In this document: one piece after another, positions 16,985 to 25,700 of the stretch | Layout of the letters: each line of letters begins with the position of its first letter | Numbering within the stretch: the first letter of the stretch is position 1 | Origin: Ruminococcus sp. | Lineage (GTDB): Bacteria; Bacillota; Clostridia; Oscillospirales; Ruminococcaceae | NCBI RefSeq assembly: GCF_022768805.1 | Contig: NZ_JALELB010000028.1 | Reading direction: 5' to 3' (one strand) | DNA: 64,000 nt | Translations under genes and position numbers: made by a program | The notes under the pieces: model-generated | Database searches by the model: none | What the model was told of the DNA's origin: nothing | Seen by the model: the letters and a program-made list of their open reading frames with translations, nothing else

Positions 16985-18182
16985 GTGATTCTCCTGTATG
17001 CGCCTGGACAACGGCATGAATCTCCCCGTCTCCCAGGCGGATGTGAAGCCTGTCCCCCGGTGCAGCATCCTGCACGCTGGTGACCAGCTTGTTTTCATGA
17101 TAAACCAGGGCATATCCCCGGGTAAGCACCTTTACCGGGCTCATGGCATCCAGCCGGGCCAGCTGCTGCATCAGCTGGGCTTCCCGATGGGCAATGCCCT
17201 TCGCAGCGCTTTGATTCAGCCGGGTCTGCATCTGTGCAAGCCGCTCCTGCCACAGGGTCAGCCGCCCCTCCACAGAGCATGCCGCCAGACGATGCCTGTA
17301 TTCCTGCAGCAGACCAGTGGCATGATTCAGAATCTGCTCCATGCTGTTCTGGAGTCCCTCCCGCAAGGCATTGACTCCGCTGCGCAGCTGTTCCATGGTG
17401 GGTACCGCAAGCTCCGCAGCAGCGGAGGGAGTCGGAGCCCGCATGTCCGCCGTCAGATCTGCAATGGTATAATCGGTTTCATGCCCAACCGCACTGATGG
17501 TGGGAATGGGGCAGGTATGAATAGCCCGGGCAACAATTTCTGTATTGAAGGCCTGCAGATCCTCCGCAGAGCCGCCGCCCCGACCCAGAATCAGCACATC
17601 GCAGTCACTGCGGGATGCTTGCTCCACTGCGACGGCAATAGAGTCGGGAGCCCGCTCACCCTGTACCAGGGCAGGATAGACCACCACTTCGGCAATCGGG
17701 CAGCGCCGCCGGAGAATATGCAGAATATCCTGGAGCGCCGCCCCCTCCTGAGAGGTAACCACAGCGATTTTTTTCGGAAGCGGCGGCAGCGGCTTCTTGG
17801 CGTTTTCATCAAAGTAGCCCAGCCCTTCCAGCTTTTCCTTCAGCTGCAAAAAGGCAATGTAGTTTGCACCTACCCCGTCCGGCTGCAGGTCGTTTACATA
17901 AACCTGATAAGCACCGTCCCGCTCGTAGACCCCCACAGAGCCGATTGCCAGCACCCGCATACCATCCCGGGGCTCAAAGCGCAGTCCGGATGCATAGCCT
18001 GCAAACATCACTGCCTTTACCGATGAGGTTTCATCCTTCAGCGTAAAATAACAGTGTCCGGATTTCCGGTAGCAGGTAAAATTTGAAATCTCTCCCCGCA
18101 GGAGAATACCCTGCAAGTGGGCATCTCCCTTGAGCTGCAGCGCAATATACCGGTTCAGTTCAGAAACGGTAAACTGAATCAT
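16974..18182 (-). CDS. xseA: exodeoxyribonuclease VII large subunit
   Basis: 402 aa with an OB-fold N-terminus (VSELNRYIALQL...GEISNF) and GRGGGSAEDL. Confidence 0.95.
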   Translation of the reverse strand: MIQFTVSELNRYIALQLKGDAHLQGILLRGEISNFTCYRKSGHCYFTLKDETSSVKAVMFAGYASGLRFEPRDGMRVLAIGSVGVYERDGAYQVYVNDLQPDGVGANYIAFLQLKEKLEGLGYFDENAKKPLPPLPKKIAVVTSQEGAALQDILHILRRRCPIAEVVVYPALVQGERAPDSIAVAVEQASRSDCDVLILGRGGGSAEDLQAFNTEIVARAIHTCPIPTISAVGHETDYTIADLTADMRAPTPSAAAELAVPTMEQLRSGVNALREGLQNSMEQILNHATGLLQEYRHRLAACSVEGRLTLWQERLAQMQTRLNQSAAKGIAHREAQLMQQLARLDAMSPVKVLTRGYALVYHENKLVTSVQDAAPGDRLHIRLGDGEIHAVVQAHTGESHGI

Positions 18183-19129
18183 AGGCCCTCCCCTTCTCCT
18201 GCCGCCAGGGCAGCGTAAATGGCAACACCGGCAGCGTTGTCACAGGAAAATGCCGGCTGCGCAAAATAGACCTTGCCGTGGCGGCAGATCTCCCGGCGGA
18301 TCAGCTGATTGGACATTACGCCCCCTGCATACACCACCGGCAGCGGTCCATAGGCATCCTGTGCCGCCCTGGTCATGGCATAAACCGTTTCCGCAATTGC
18401 CATCAGACAGTACAGGGCAACTTTCGGAGCAGGCGTTCCGGTGTCCAGCATACGCCGGCACTGATTCTCCAGCCCCGACAGACAGCAGTCCATGCCCTTT
18501 ATCACAGGGCGGGGGCGCACAGACAGCCCCTCGCACTGCATGGCAAGCTGCTCCAGGGCAGGGCCGCAGGGAAATTGCAGTCCAAGCATGAGTCCCACCC
18601 GATCCACGGCCTGTCCTGCTTTCAGATCCAGGCTTGTGGAAACCGGACTGATCCGCAAACACTGGGCCGGATCCGGCGAACACAGCACGCAGTCCGTCGT
18701 GCCGCCGCTGACATGAAAGGCAAGAAAGGGGGCTTGCAGCAGGTGCATGGCCTCCGCAGAGTAAAGGGCCGCCAGAATATGCCCGATCTGGTGAGAGGTA
18801 CGGTAAAGCGGAAGCTGATGCGTCACTGCGAGTATGGATGCTGCGCCTTCTCCGCACAAAAAACAGGGCATATAGGAATCCTCCCCGCTGCGAGGCCGGG
18901 CGGATACGCCGATGGCATCAAACACCGGAGGCGTCTGGCTGAAAAGCTCCTCCAGGATCTTCGGCAGCTGTTTGGTATGGTGAAATACTGCATCACGCTG
19001 ACGCAGCCCAGCCTCCCCGGGCTTTACCGGCAGCAGCTGCTTTGCCTGAATCATCCGGTGCTGCTCCGTATCATACAAAGCTGCAGAGGTGGTATAATTG
19101 CTTGTGTCTATACCCAGATAGCGTGCCAT
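18179..19129 (-). CDS. Kae1/TsaD-family (peptidase M22, ASKHA-fold) paralogue, function unknown
   Basis: 316 aa with GIDTSNYTTS, HxxGH (SHQIGHI), VSGGTT and a C-terminal AGGVMSN. It resembles the t6A synthase family but is diverged from it. Confidence 0.7.
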   Translation of the reverse strand: MARYLGIDTSNYTTSAALYDTEQHRMIQAKQLLPVKPGEAGLRQRDAVFHHTKQLPKILEELFSQTPPVFDAIGVSARPRSGEDSYMPCFLCGEGAASILAVTHQLPLYRTSHQIGHILAALYSAEAMHLLQAPFLAFHVSGGTTDCVLCSPDPAQCLRISPVSTSLDLKAGQAVDRVGLMLGLQFPCGPALEQLAMQCEGLSVRPRPVIKGMDCCLSGLENQCRRMLDTGTPAPKVALYCLMAIAETVYAMTRAAQDAYGPLPVVYAGGVMSNQLIRREICRHGKVYFAQPAFSCDNAAGVAIYAALAAGEGEGL

Positions 19130-19132
19130 CGA

Positions 19133-19549
19133 TCAGCCTTCTTTGCTGCCGTGTGCCCGGGCATATGCCCCCAGCACACCGTTGACAAAGGAAACATCCT
19201 CCGGCTGGGCATAGGTCTGGGACAGCTGCACAGCTTCATTGATGGCTGCATTCATGGGGGTTTTGTCATCATACAGAATTTCATACAGCGCAATGCGCAG
19301 CACCGCAAGGTTGATCCGGGCAATCCGGGAAAGCTCCCGCTTGGCACTGTATTCGGAAATAATGCTGTCAATTTCCGCAGACTTTTCCAGTGTGCCCTCC
19401 ACCAGCTCCCGCACCTGGTCATTTACCGTGATTTCATCCACTTCATCTGCGATTGCGTACAGCTCCTCCATGGGGTCATCCCGCAAAAGCTTTTCAAAAA
19501 TCAGCTTGAACGCACAGTCCCGCACTTCACGTCTGGACATATTGCTCAT
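19133..19549 (-). CDS. nusB: transcription antitermination factor NusB
   Basis: 138 aa with RREVRDCAFKLIF and INLAVLRIALYEILY. Confidence 0.9.
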   Translation of the reverse strand: MSNMSRREVRDCAFKLIFEKLLRDDPMEELYAIADEVDEITVNDQVRELVEGTLEKSAEIDSIISEYSAKRELSRIARINLAVLRIALYEILYDDKTPMNAAINEAVQLSQTYAQPEDVSFVNGVLGAYARAHGSKEG

Positions 19550-19583
19550 AGATATCCTCCAATTTCAACGTCCTGCAGACCAG

Positions 19584-19919
19584 TTATTTTTTGTCAAAGG
19601 CAATGCCTGCAACCACAACATTGACCTTGGACACAGCAATGCCTGTCATGGTCTGTACCTGGTCCTTCACGGTCTGCTGCACCTGCTCCGCCACCGTAGT
19701 TGCCCGGCAGCCATATTTCACAATGATATATGCGGTGATTTCCACTACATCCCCCATGAGATTTACCTGGATGGGAGCGGTCTTCTTTTTAAAGATGGAT
19801 TTTCTGACTGCAAGACCGTCCACACCGGCAACCTCTGCGATAGCATAGTTTGCCATTTTCACAATCACAGCCTCGGAAATCCGCAGATCCCCCACATTTG
19901 TTTTTGTTTCCTGTTCCAT
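19584..19919 (-). CDS. Asp23/Gls24 family envelope stress protein
   Basis: MEQETKTNVGDLRISEAVIVKMANYAIAEVAGVDG... The start is set at the ATG at 19919, with GGAGG 8 nt upstream. Confidence 0.85.
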   Translation of the reverse strand: MEQETKTNVGDLRISEAVIVKMANYAIAEVAGVDGLAVRKSIFKKKTAPIQVNLMGDVVEITAYIIVKYGCRATTVAEQVQQTVKDQVQTMTGIAVSKVNVVVAGIAFDKK

Positions 19920-19950
19920 TTTATGACCTCCATCACTGAGAGAAATAAGA

Positions 19951-19984
19951 GCAGGAGAAACCGGTTTGCATCGCTTTCTCCTGC
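19951..19984 (-). promoter_or_regulatory. 10-bp perfect GC-rich stem-loop in the asp23-nusB leader (attenuator or spoIIIA operon terminator)
   Basis: gcaggagaaa / tttctcctgc with a 14-nt loop, followed on the minus strand by the pyrimidine/U-rich TCTTATTTCTCTC. Confidence 0.45.
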
Positions 19985-20005
19985 GAATATACATTCCTAA
20001 TTTAT

Positions 20006-20034
20006 ATTATACCAAAAAAATTCGAAAGACACAA
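20006..20034 (-). promoter_or_regulatory. extended -10 promoter upstream of asp23
   Basis: On the minus strand: TTGTGT (20034-20029), a 17 nt spacer ending in TGG, then TATAAT (20011-20006). Confidence 0.5.
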
Positions 20035-20595
20035 CTACTTTACTTCAAAAATTCTGATATTTTCTGCTGGAACCGAAACCTCCCCCAGGATAATGTCCTT
20101 GATGGCAGCTGCCTGGGCCGCATCCATCCCCTCTGTCTGCACCACAACCTTGGCGCTGGTGCCGTCCAGGTATACCACGCATTCATGAAACCCCTGGGCT
20201 TTGATGAGGGATTCAATATTTCCCTCGCTCTCTACCAGCTTGGAAAGCTCCACGGCATTGATGGCGTTGGTTACCATCTCGTCTTCTGAGAGATCCCCGC
20301 CTCCCATGATGCTCTGCAGAGTCTGTACGGCGTTGTCCCGGCTGGTCTGCTTCTCCAGCCGTGCCTGGGCAAAGTAATCGGCAGTGCTGCTTCCGTTGAC
20401 AAACTGGGTATCCCCATAGTTCCCGCTTTTTTCCTCCGCCTGCTGTCCCACCACCGGTGCATCGGTTCGTAGGGTGGGATCCGACAGGCTCTGGTCGCTG
20501 AGCACATAGTTCACATACACTGCTATCGCCAGCATCAGCGTCAGGCAGGAAAGAATGATCTGCTTTTTTCCGATAATGAGATTTGGTTTTTTCAT
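20035..20595 (-). CDS. spoIIIAH: stage III sporulation protein AH
   Basis: MKKPNLIIGKKQIILSCLTLMLAIAVYVNY is an N-terminal TM segment. The C-terminal YscJ/FliF-like region and its position as last gene of the spoIIIA cluster support the call. Confidence 0.8.
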   Translation of the reverse strand: MKKPNLIIGKKQIILSCLTLMLAIAVYVNYVLSDQSLSDPTLRTDAPVVGQQAEEKSGNYGDTQFVNGSSTADYFAQARLEKQTSRDNAVQTLQSIMGGGDLSEDEMVTNAINAVELSKLVESEGNIESLIKAQGFHECVVYLDGTSAKVVVQTEGMDAAQAAAIKDIILGEVSVPAENIRIFEVK

Positions 20596-20662
20596 CAATA
20601 TGACTCCTTTCCGGATCCGGATCGCCCTGTCAGGCGGTTCCGGTATTGCGGCACCCAATGGC

Positions 20663-21199
20663 CTAGGATTTCATCGCTGTCACATAGATTTGTGCGGTGG
20701 AGATGCTGCATGCAACCGACACCGCCTGGTAAACCTGTTCTTTGACCTGAATGCTGTCACCCCCCTCGCAAACCACCACCACCCCGGTAATCCAGGGGTC
20801 CTGGGTCTGTTCCACCAGTGCGGACTGTGAGCTGCCGCTGCCAACAAGCACATGGGTAGACTCCCGGCTGGTACGGCTACCGTCTGTTTCGGTTTTCTGC
20901 TCTGTTGCATAGATCTGGGTTTCACTGCCGGAAACCCGCAGCAGCACATGCACCCTGCCCACACCCCGGATCTGCCCGAGCATTTCCGTCAGTTCCTGTT
21001 CCATAGCAGTCTGATAGGCACATTCCGTCTGCTGCACACTGACAGTCCGGTTCGACTCTTGTTGGCTTTCCGTGTCTTCGCCGCCAATGAAGCCGGAGAG
21101 AAAAATCAGCAGCATACCGGCCATTCCCATCAGTACAATCCAGGTGGTTCGCCCCCGGCCTTTGCAAAACGCTTTCCACTTTTCCAGCCATGCTACCAT
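20663..21199 (-). CDS. spoIIIAG: stage III sporulation protein AG
   Basis: N-terminal TM segment, and a C-terminal GVGRVHVLL...ITGVVVVCEGG block typical of SpoIIIAG. The start at 21199 overlaps the spoIIIAF stop. Confidence 0.8.
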   Translation of the reverse strand: MVAWLEKWKAFCKGRGRTTWIVLMGMAGMLLIFLSGFIGGEDTESQQESNRTVSVQQTECAYQTAMEQELTEMLGQIRGVGRVHVLLRVSGSETQIYATEQKTETDGSRTSRESTHVLVGSGSSQSALVEQTQDPWITGVVVVCEGGDSIQVKEQVYQAVSVACSISTAQIYVTAMKS

Positions 21200-21648
21200 G
21201 CTTCCACCTCTGTAATTCTGGTGTCCTGTCCAAGGGACTGCCGCAGTAAAGCCGCTGCAGACGGATAGTCCGCACACTGTAATCGGACTTCCCTAATACT
21301 TATGCTGTCTTCCTCGTCAATATGTATCGAAACCTGTATACGATGACAGGCTATTCCCGCTTCGTTCAGCTGCTCGCTGAGGGTTTCAGCCAGCTGCTCC
21401 TCCGTCTGCCGGGACAAAAGCGCCCTATAGGTCTGACTATAGCCGGTGCCCGCATCCTCCTGCAGGGCTAATGCAGGCAGGGAGAAATCCTGTTTCAGAA
21501 AGGGCTGGATCAGCGCAATCAGCAGCAGCAGAACCATAATCAGCCGCAGCTGCTTTGCAAATCGCTCCGTTGGAAGCAGTTGGGTCAGCATCCCGTAGGC
21601 AAGACTGACTGCACAGGCGCACAGCGCCGCTTGTCTGCATGTTTCCAT
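21193..21648 (-). CDS. spoIIIAF: stage III sporulation protein AF
   Basis: Small two-TM protein in the expected position. The start Met (METCRQ...) is uncertain. Confidence 0.7.
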   Translation of the reverse strand: METCRQAALCACAVSLAYGMLTQLLPTERFAKQLRLIMVLLLLIALIQPFLKQDFSLPALALQEDAGTGYSQTYRALLSRQTEEQLAETLSEQLNEAGIACHRIQVSIHIDEEDSISIREVRLQCADYPSAAALLRQSLGQDTRITEVEAW

Positions 21649-21658
21649 AAATCCTCCT

Positions 21659-22777
21659 TTAGGCAGTTCCGCCGGCAATCAATACAATGGCTGTTGTCAG
21701 CAAAAGAAGAAACACAAATGTACAAAGCATCCCCAGCGCCAGGGAAAGCACCTGCTCCAGACTATGCAAGAGCTTGCTCAGTGACCGCACACCGGACAGC
21801 TCAGCCAGTGTGCCGGCTGCCAGCACAGCCAGACGATATAGGCCCAGTAAAATCAGCGGAGGCAGAACCATTGCCCCCAGCGCAATCATACCCACACTGC
21901 CTATACCGCTGCGCAGCACCCCCACACTGCCTCGCAGGGTGGTATAGGCGTCGGAAACCGCTCCCCCCACCACCGGCACACAGCTGGACAGCATGAATTT
22001 CGTCGCCTTGGTGGCAACGGTATCCGCTGATGCGGATACCACCCCCTGTACAGTCTGCAGTCCCACAAACACAGCCATCATCAGGCCAAGTCCCCACTGG
22101 GCCGCCTGCCTGATGCCCCGGATGATACTGCCGAAGGACAGATCCGGATGCACCGCATCCATAACCGCCAGTGCCAGCAGAATCCGCAGCAGCGGCAGCA
22201 GGTATAGCCGGCTGAGCTGTACTGCAAGCTCTGCCAGCGAAAACACCGCCACTTGATAAACAGAGGCAGATACGACGCAGCCGCCTGCTGCAAGGATGGA
22301 GGACAGAACCGGTGCAAAGCACAGCATGAACCGGCTGCCGGATTCCATCGTTTCAGACACCAGCGAAAAGCACTGCTCCATAGGCGTCAGGAGCACGGAA
22401 ACGGTTACCATAACCACCAGGAAGCCGTATGCATCGGACAGACCTCGCTCTGAAATCGTATCTCCCAGCCCAGAAGTCAACACAGCGCACACCACCACCA
22501 GAGCCAGAGTGAAAAACAGCCGGAGAGGTGCTGTGCATTGGGAACGGAATGTGTTCCACATGGAACATAACAGCTCCTTGGGAGAAAGGGTCAGCACACT
22601 CTGGGGATCGGTAAAGGAAATGGACTGGCTCTCCAGAAAGGAACGGGTCTGCTCGTCCACTTCAATGGAATCCGCACCGCTCTGGGCCAGAATCTCCTCC
22701 TGGGTCACCGCAGAAACCTGCATGCCCGGCATCACCCACAGCACAAGTATGACTGCCAGCAGCAGTATGTTTTTCAT
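21659..22777 (-). CDS. spoIIIAE: stage III sporulation protein AE
   Basis: Signal peptide MKNILLLAVILVLWVMPGMQVSA followed by a polytopic membrane protein. There is an ATGA overlap with the spoIIIAD stop. Confidence 0.85.
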   Translation of the reverse strand: MKNILLLAVILVLWVMPGMQVSAVTQEEILAQSGADSIEVDEQTRSFLESQSISFTDPQSVLTLSPKELLCSMWNTFRSQCTAPLRLFFTLALVVVCAVLTSGLGDTISERGLSDAYGFLVVMVTVSVLLTPMEQCFSLVSETMESGSRFMLCFAPVLSSILAAGGCVVSASVYQVAVFSLAELAVQLSRLYLLPLLRILLALAVMDAVHPDLSFGSIIRGIRQAAQWGLGLMMAVFVGLQTVQGVVSASADTVATKATKFMLSSCVPVVGGAVSDAYTTLRGSVGVLRSGIGSVGMIALGAMVLPPLILLGLYRLAVLAAGTLAELSGVRSLSKLLHSLEQVLSLALGMLCTFVFLLLLTTAIVLIAGGTA

Positions 22778-23166
22778 CCCAGCACCTCCACAAGCATGGA
22801 CAGCAACGCCCGGATCAGCGGCAGTGCCTGTAACATCAAGGCAATTTTCCCCGCCATATGCACCACAGAGCAAAGCGCCTCTTCCCGGCTGTCCCGGCAC
22901 ACATCCCCTGCAAGCTGCGTTACATAGCAGATACCCAGTGCCTTCCACAGAACCGCGATATAGGTCTGGGGAAGTCCTGCCAGCTCAAACAGCTGGTGCA
23001 TCTGTGCCAGCAACGGCTCCAGCATGGTCAGAAGCAGAAGCAGCACCCCTGCCGCCGTACCAATAGTCAGCATCACTGCCTGTTCCCGGGCATATCGCTC
23101 CAGCACCTTGCACAGCAGCACAGCGGTCAGACACAGGGAAGCAACAGCAAACAGCGTATTCACCAT
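22774..23166 (-). CDS. spoIIIAD: stage III sporulation protein AD
   Basis: 130 aa hydrophobic protein in the expected size and order. Confidence 0.8.
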   Translation of the reverse strand: MVNTLFAVASLCLTAVLLCKVLERYAREQAVMLTIGTAAGVLLLLLTMLEPLLAQMHQLFELAGLPQTYIAVLWKALGICYVTQLAGDVCRDSREEALCSVVHMAGKIALMLQALPLIRALLSMLVEVLG

Positions 23167-23357
23167 AGTCCGAATACCGTCTTGATGGTATCAAACAGCT
23201 CTGCAATCTCATAGACGATCATCATCAGCACCACGATCAGCCCGGCAAGAGTGGTCAGCATTGCCTGCTCCTCCCGTTCCGCCCGTTTCAGCACAAGATT
23301 CAGCACTGCCACAATGATTCCGATTCCGGCAATTTTAAAAATCAGATCAATATTCAT
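23160..23357 (-). CDS. spoIIIAC: stage III sporulation protein AC
   Basis: 65 aa two-TM protein, MNIDLIFKIAGIGIIVAVLNLVLKRAEREEQ. Confidence 0.8.
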   Translation of the reverse strand: MNIDLIFKIAGIGIIVAVLNLVLKRAEREEQAMLTTLAGLIVVLMMIVYEIAELFDTIKTVFGLW

Positions 23358-23373
23358 GTTCCGTCCCTTTCCG

Positions 23374-23871
23374 CTATGCCAGCAGGATTGCAGCCAATGT
23401 GCCCAGCAGCGTCCCCATGGCTGTGCACAGCTTCCCCTTCTCCAGACTCTGCTGTCGGGCGGTGTTCAGCAGCATATGCACCTGCTCTGCCGCAAGTCCG
23501 ATGGCGCCCAGCTGACCGTCTATGTCCGAATTCCCCAGCTGACATCCAAGCTGTAGAAGAATCTGCCTTTCCTCCTGCCAGGGACAGGCTTCCGCCACTG
23601 CCCGGTTCCATGCCTGTCCGAAGGCTTCCTGCTTTGCATAGTTCCCGATGGCGGGCAGAAAGTCCAGAACCTTATAGGCCGGCTGCATGGACAGATCTCC
23701 AAGCAGCTGCTCCAGGGGCGGAGCCATGTACCGGATCTCTGTCTGCATGCTCCGGAGCAGTCCCTCCAGTGCTGCAAGCCAGGTAACCCGGTGTCGGAGC
23801 TGTCCGGCCTTGTGGAGGCCAAGCATGCTGCCTGTGCCGATGACCAGCAGAAGCCCTATCAGCTTAATCAT
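23374..23871 (-). CDS. spoIIIAB: stage III sporulation protein AB
   Basis: MIKLIGLLLVIGTGSMLGLHKAGQLRHRVTWLAALEGLL... The start at 23871 overlaps the spoIIIAA stop by 8 nt. Confidence 0.8.
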   Translation of the reverse strand: MIKLIGLLLVIGTGSMLGLHKAGQLRHRVTWLAALEGLLRSMQTEIRYMAPPLEQLLGDLSMQPAYKVLDFLPAIGNYAKQEAFGQAWNRAVAEACPWQEERQILLQLGCQLGNSDIDGQLGAIGLAAEQVHMLLNTARQQSLEKGKLCTAMGTLLGTLAAILLA

Positions 23872-24751
23872 GTCCCACCCGCTGCATGCCGGCAATATGT
23901 CCGTTCCCCTCCAGCAGCACAGCCCAGCGGAATACGCCCGCCTCCAGCAAAATACGCAGCTGGGGACGGCGTTCGGCCTGGGTAAGACTGCCGGCATGTG
24001 CTGTAGCCAGCAAGGATACTCCGCTGTTCATGGAAGCCAGAACGGCCGCTGTTTCCGCCTCGCTGCCAAGCTCATCACACACGAGATAATCCGGTGTCAT
24101 GACCCGCAGGGCAATCTGCATGCCCTTTGCCTTCGGATATCCGTCCAGCACATCCGTCATAGGCCCTAGCTCATGCATGGGGACACCCTGTCTGCAGGCT
24201 GCCAGCTCTCCCCGTTCATCCACCAGGCTCAGCCGGTATCTGCTGCCCAGAAGCCGGCACAGATCCCGGAGCATAGTGGTCTTGCCGCTGCCCGGCGGTC
24301 CCAGGATCAGCACGCTCTGGCGGCTCCCGGCAAAGAGCTTATTGTAAAGTGCCTGTCCGCAGCCGATGACCTGCTTTGCGATACGGATATTGATACTGCT
24401 CACATACCGGATGGTTTCCACCTCTCCGTTCCGGATTACCGCATTGCCGCAGAAGCCGATCCGGTTGCCCCCCTCCACTGTAACGAAGCCCTCGGAAAGC
24501 TCCCGCTGAAAGCTATATAAAGAATCCGCACAGGCAGCTTTCAGACATGCCTGCAGCTGTGCCTGTCCAAGGGGTTCACAGCCCTGCAGAGGTTGTTCCT
24601 CCCTGCCGTCATAGATCCGGGGCAGCTGCCGTACCCGTAGCCGAATTTCCTGAAGCTGCGCCTGCTGATGCTCCGGCAGCTGCCGGATTCCCCGGGCCAC
24701 ACAGTCCGGCACATACCGGAGTACACAGGGCAGTCCTGTTCCTTGCTGCAT
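23864..24751 (-). CDS. spoIIIAA: stage III sporulation protein AA (ATPase)
   Basis: Walker A LILGPPGSGKTTMLRDL and Walker B-like YLVCDELG. The start is ambiguous between 24757 and 24751; GGAGG spacing favours 24751. Confidence 0.85.
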   Translation of the reverse strand: MQQGTGLPCVLRYVPDCVARGIRQLPEHQQAQLQEIRLRVRQLPRIYDGREEQPLQGCEPLGQAQLQACLKAACADSLYSFQRELSEGFVTVEGGNRIGFCGNAVIRNGEVETIRYVSSINIRIAKQVIGCGQALYNKLFAGSRQSVLILGPPGSGKTTMLRDLCRLLGSRYRLSLVDERGELAACRQGVPMHELGPMTDVLDGYPKAKGMQIALRVMTPDYLVCDELGSEAETAAVLASMNSGVSLLATAHAGSLTQAERRPQLRILLEAGVFRWAVLLEGNGHIAGMQRVGHD

Positions 24752-24841
24752 GCTCATCGCCTCCTGCCATACTATATGCCGGCAGGGACAAGGATATGCC
24801 GGTTCTGTCAGCACCACGCATTGCATAGAATGAAGGTAGTA

Positions 24842-24868
24842 CCACAGTCCGGTTAATCCGGACTGTGG
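24842..24868. promoter_or_regulatory. perfect 11-bp-arm palindrome in the divergent spoIIIAA/amidase intergenic region
   Basis: ccacagtccgg ttaat ccggactgtgg. No U-tract follows on either strand. Confidence 0.4.
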
Positions 24869-24899
24869 CCGTCATGAATTACCTGACAGGAGGAATACG

Positions 24900-25646
24900 A
24901 TGCCCCGAATTTTTTTAAGTCCATCCACCCAGGAGTGGAATGCATATGTGAACGGCGGAAACGAAGAGCAGTACATGAATCTGCTGGCTGATGAGCTGGA
25001 GCCTTATCTGCTTGCCAGCGGCATATCCTTTGTGCGGAACGATCCGGAGCGGAACGTGCTTGGTGCCATCCGGGATTCCAACGCCGGATACTATGATGTG
25101 CATCTGGCACTGCACACCAATGCCGCACCCGAATCCCTTGCAGGTCAGCTGCGGGGTATTGATGTATATTACTCCCCGGCCAGCTACAACAGCGAGCGGC
25201 TTGCAACCATTATGGCGAATAATTTCAAAAGCATTTATCCCCTTCCCCAGCGCAGCAATGCCCTTGCCACCACAAGCCTGGGAGAAGTGACCCAGACCCG
25301 TGCTGTCGCGGTGCTTGCAGAGATCGGATACCACGACAACCCGGAGGATGCAGCTTGGCTCAAGGAAAATCTTCAGCCCATTGCCGCAAATATCGCCCAG
25401 TCCCTTGCGGATTATTTCGGAATTCCCTTTAACGAGCCCTCCGGCATCCGCACCGGTATTGTAACTGCGGACGGCTCTGCACTGAATCTGCGGAGCTACC
25501 CATCCATGGAGGGCAGCATCATCGGCAGCATTCCCGATGGCAGTGCTGTGCAGATTTACGGCGCAGTGGAAAACTGGTATGTGGTATCCTACGGAGATCA
25601 GCTGGGCTATGCAAACGGGGATTTTATCACGCTGACCAACCAATGA
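24900..25646 (+). CDS. N-acetylmuramoyl-L-alanine amidase-like cell-wall hydrolase with a C-terminal SH3-like domain; no signal peptide
   Basis: 248 aa. The amidase-like core has HLALHTNA...LAEIGYHDN. The C-terminal ~70 aa (GIVTADGSALNLRSYPS...YGAVENWYVVSYGDQLGYANGDFI) looks like a bacterial SH3 domain. AGGAGG lies 7 nt upstream. Confidence 0.75.
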   Translation: MPRIFLSPSTQEWNAYVNGGNEEQYMNLLADELEPYLLASGISFVRNDPERNVLGAIRDSNAGYYDVHLALHTNAAPESLAGQLRGIDVYYSPASYNSERLATIMANNFKSIYPLPQRSNALATTSLGEVTQTRAVAVLAEIGYHDNPEDAAWLKENLQPIAANIAQSLADYFGIPFNEPSGIRTGIVTADGSALNLRSYPSMEGSIIGSIPDGSAVQIYGAVENWYVVSYGDQLGYANGDFITLTNQ

Positions 25647-25659
25647 ACAAAGGAAGCAA

Positions 25660-25695
25660 AAAAGCCCTGCACCGAATGTTCGATGCAGGGCTTTT
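25660..25695. terminator. bidirectional terminator between the convergent amidase and zinc-ribbon genes
   Basis: A 12-bp stem aaaagccctgca / tgcagggctttt with a 12-nt loop. Confidence 0.7.
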
Positions 25696-25700
25696 GCACG

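Noticed and set aside
24771-24799. Sigma-E-like promoter (GCATATCC-13 nt-CATATAGT on the minus strand) upstream of spoIIIAA
   Set aside because: The motif resembles the sigma-E consensus. However, the -10 ends only about 13-20 nt before the start codon, so the predicted TSS would fall inside or after the SD. I cannot support it without TSS data.
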